Assembly: GCA_013239625.1 (NCBI GenBank)
Contig: MU054049.1
Coordinates: 1,439,015 to 1,489,595, forward strand
DNA: 50,581 nt
Source: Lama guanicoe
Lineage: Eukaryota
Direction of reading: 5' to 3'
The notes beneath the pieces were generated by a model. The model had not been told where the DNA came from and did not search any database. It saw nothing but the letters and a program-made list of their open reading frames with translations. The position numbers were made by a program, and so were the translations under genes. Below, in pieces: positions 48,261 through 50,581 of this stretch. Position 1 is the stretch's first letter, and the number at the start of each line of letters is the position of its first letter.

Positions 48261-48955
48261 GATAGGAGGGCCCAGCAGTTTCTGGGCCCAGCAGGTAGCC
48301 AACAGTGCAAGGCCACACCTGGTAGACTGGGGTCTCCCAGAACAGCATGACCTTCTTTCCTCCTTCTTCACCCAACTTCATTATCTCTCACTCTGCACCA
48401 GACCCAGTATTAGGGGCTGAGTGGCTTAGAAGGGGGTGAGTGGCTTAGAAGGACCTAGAGTTGAGTCAGGTATGGCCAATGCCCTGAAAGTGCTCATAGT
48501 CAGGACTGAGAAGTTAGGTTGGTTCAAAAACAAATGAACACCCCGTCTCATGTCACGAGGCCCAAGTATTCTCAATACCTGTGTAGTCAGTCTCTAAAGA
48601 GGGCCTTCAATGAACCACTCTCCCAGCAGTCACAGCTGTGTGCAGGTCCCTCCGCTTGAGTCTGAGCTGGCTCTGTGAGCAGTTTTAGTCAATAGAATAG
48701 GGCAGAAGCAACACTGCCTGCTTGAGCGTAAGCTGACATCGTCTGCTTTTACATTCTTAGGACCCAAACACCATCCAAATCCCACCAGGCTCACCATGGA
48801 GAGAGAGAGAGAGACAGGAGAGAGAGACAAAGTACCCAGCCTCCCAGCACCCCTGCCAAGGCACCAGGCAGAGAAGTGACGCCATCTTGGATGGAGCCCA
48901 GCCAGTCCTCAGAATCAGGAGAGATAATAAAACTGCAGGGCAGTTTGGCTGCTGC

Positions 48956-49047
48956 TTTTTTTTTTTTTTTAATGGAGATCCTGGGGATGGAACCCAGGAC
49001 CTCATGCATACTAAGCATACACTCTACCACTGAGCTATACCCTCCCC
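48956..49047 (-). mobile_element. Camelid tRNA-derived SINE
   Basis: ttttttttaatggagatcctggggatggaacccaggacctcatgcatactaagcatacactctaccactgagctatacc. Confidence 0.9.
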
Positions 49048-49094
49048 ACTGCTGCTACTTCTATTATACTAAGTTTGCAGGTAAATAAAACACT

Positions 49095-50275
49095 ACTGAA
49101 ACCTGGAATGAAGATTATAAGAAAAGAAAATCACAAGCTAATTTCTTCATGATCGTAGATGCAAAAACTCTAAACAGAGTATCAGCATATCCAGCTATAT
49201 ATAAAAAGGGTAACGTGTCACATCTAATTTGGATTTATTCCGGGAATGCACAGTTGGTTTAACACTAAACAATCAATCAATGTAACTAACCATATTCAAA
49301 TACTGAGAAAGAACAATCATGTGATTGTCTCAACAGCAGCAGGAAAAATGTTGGGTGAAACTCAACATCCATTGATAGTCATGATTTTTTAAAGAATAAT
49401 TAAAAATAAAACTCTAGGGCAAGAGGAAAATATTTTTACTTGATAAAGGGTATCTTTAAAATTAAAAAAAAAATTAGACAAACACTAAACACGATTGCAA
49501 TTATGAAATTGTGAGGGCTTCCCCCAGAGATCAAGAATAAGGGAATGAGGCAAGGATCAGGCACAAAGACCACACATGTTATGATTCCACTCATGTGAAA
49601 TGTCCACAGTGGCAGTCGCGGAATGTCCATGTTCTATAGACGCAGAAATGTTCATGGTTACCTGGGGCAGGGGGAGTTGAGGGAAATGAGCAGTGACTGC
49701 TAATAGGTCTGGGGTGATGAAAAAGTTCCAAGGTCGATGGGTAGTGATGGTTGCACAACTCTTGACTACACTAAAAGTCATTGAGTTGTGCGTTCTAATG
49801 GATGAACGGAACAGTATGTGAATTGTATTTCAATAAAGCTGTTATTTTTAAACAAACAAACAAACAAAAGAACAAAGCAGGGGTGCCCATTATCACCACT
49901 TCTATTCAATACTGTACTAGAGGTTCAAGCCAACATGGCCAGACAAGAAAAAGACAAATAAAAGGTACAGTCTGCCCTTCTGTTTCTGTGCGTTTCACAT
50001 CTCCAGATTTAACCAACCAATAAAAATCAATCTGCAGGTGATAGAATCCACGGATGTGAAGCCTGCGGATATGGAGGGTCTTCTGCATTCCTTACACCAC
50101 GTTTTACATAAGGGACTTGAGGATGGGTGGGGTTTGGTACGGAGGTTGTGGGAGGAGGTCGTCCTGGAACCAATCCCCCAGGGGTGACTATATGAAGACT
50201 GAAAAGAGAGAGATAAACTGTCTTTAACTGCAGATAATCTGATCATGTACATAGAATATCGTAAAGAATCTACAA
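49095..50275 (+). mobile_element. Old degenerate L1 ORF2 (RT region), interrupted by an L1 3' end (~49560-49850) and a Tigger MITE
   Basis: gatgcaaaaactctaaacag, ttggtttaacactaaacaatcaatcaatgtaa, cacttctattcaatactgtactagaggtt, tgcagataatctgatc (FADD-like remnant). Confidence 0.85.
49968..50190 (-). mobile_element. TcMar-Tigger MITE (MER2/MER8-like)
   Basis: TA target duplication (49966-49967, 50191-50192); ends cagtctgccct... and ...tcctggaaccaatcccccaggggtgacta. Confidence 0.8.
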
Positions 50276-50277
50276 CT

Positions 50278-50581
50278 TCAACAACAGAGAAACAACGGAG
50301 AAAAAAAGGAAAGCATGGAGATTAAACAATATGTTATTGAAAAAACAATGGATCAATGAGGAAATCAAAGCTGAAATTAAAAAATACCTTGAGACAAATG
50401 ATAATGAAAGCACAACCACTCAAAACCTATGGGACACAGCAAAGGCAGTGCTAAGAGGGAAGTTTATAGCGATACAGGCCTTCCTCAAAAAAGAAGAACA
50501 ATCTCAAATAAACAAGTTAACCCACCACCTGAATCAATTAGAAAAAGAAGAACAAAAAGCCCCAAAAAGCAGCAGAAGGAA
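50278..50581 (+). mobile_element. Young 5'-truncated L1; ORF2 frame open to the window edge
   Basis: From 50280 it translates without stop as [100 protein letters not shown], the L1 ORF2 region just after the endonuclease domain. Confidence 0.92.

Overview
Mammalian genomic DNA, very probably camelid (alpaca or camel), judged from Vic-1-type tRNA-derived SINEs and cetartiodactyl L1 3' ends. The window holds two convergent (tail-to-tail) genes. On + is the single large coding exon of C10orf71/CEFIP (2109-6407, 1432 aa; acceptor AG at 1963-1964). On - is the last coding exon of the homeobox gene DRGX/PRRXL1 (35791-36056, OAR motif), with a 3'UTR of about 2 kb ending near AATAAA at 33758-33763; the rest of the window (36057-50581) is inferred to be DRGX intron. 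The remainder is largely interspersed repeats (L1, L2, MIR, ERVL/MaLR and ERV1-like LTRs, hAT and Tigger MITEs, SINEs). I see no convincing new biological system. The best second-look items are an inverted pair of same-family solo LTRs, each pointing antisense into one of the two genes; a candidate OAR-less alternative DRGX exon; a tailless L1 insertion with a 14-bp TSD; near-identical twin SINEs; and a young open-frame L1 at the right edge. Repeat family names come from recalled consensus sequences, and their boundaries are approximate.
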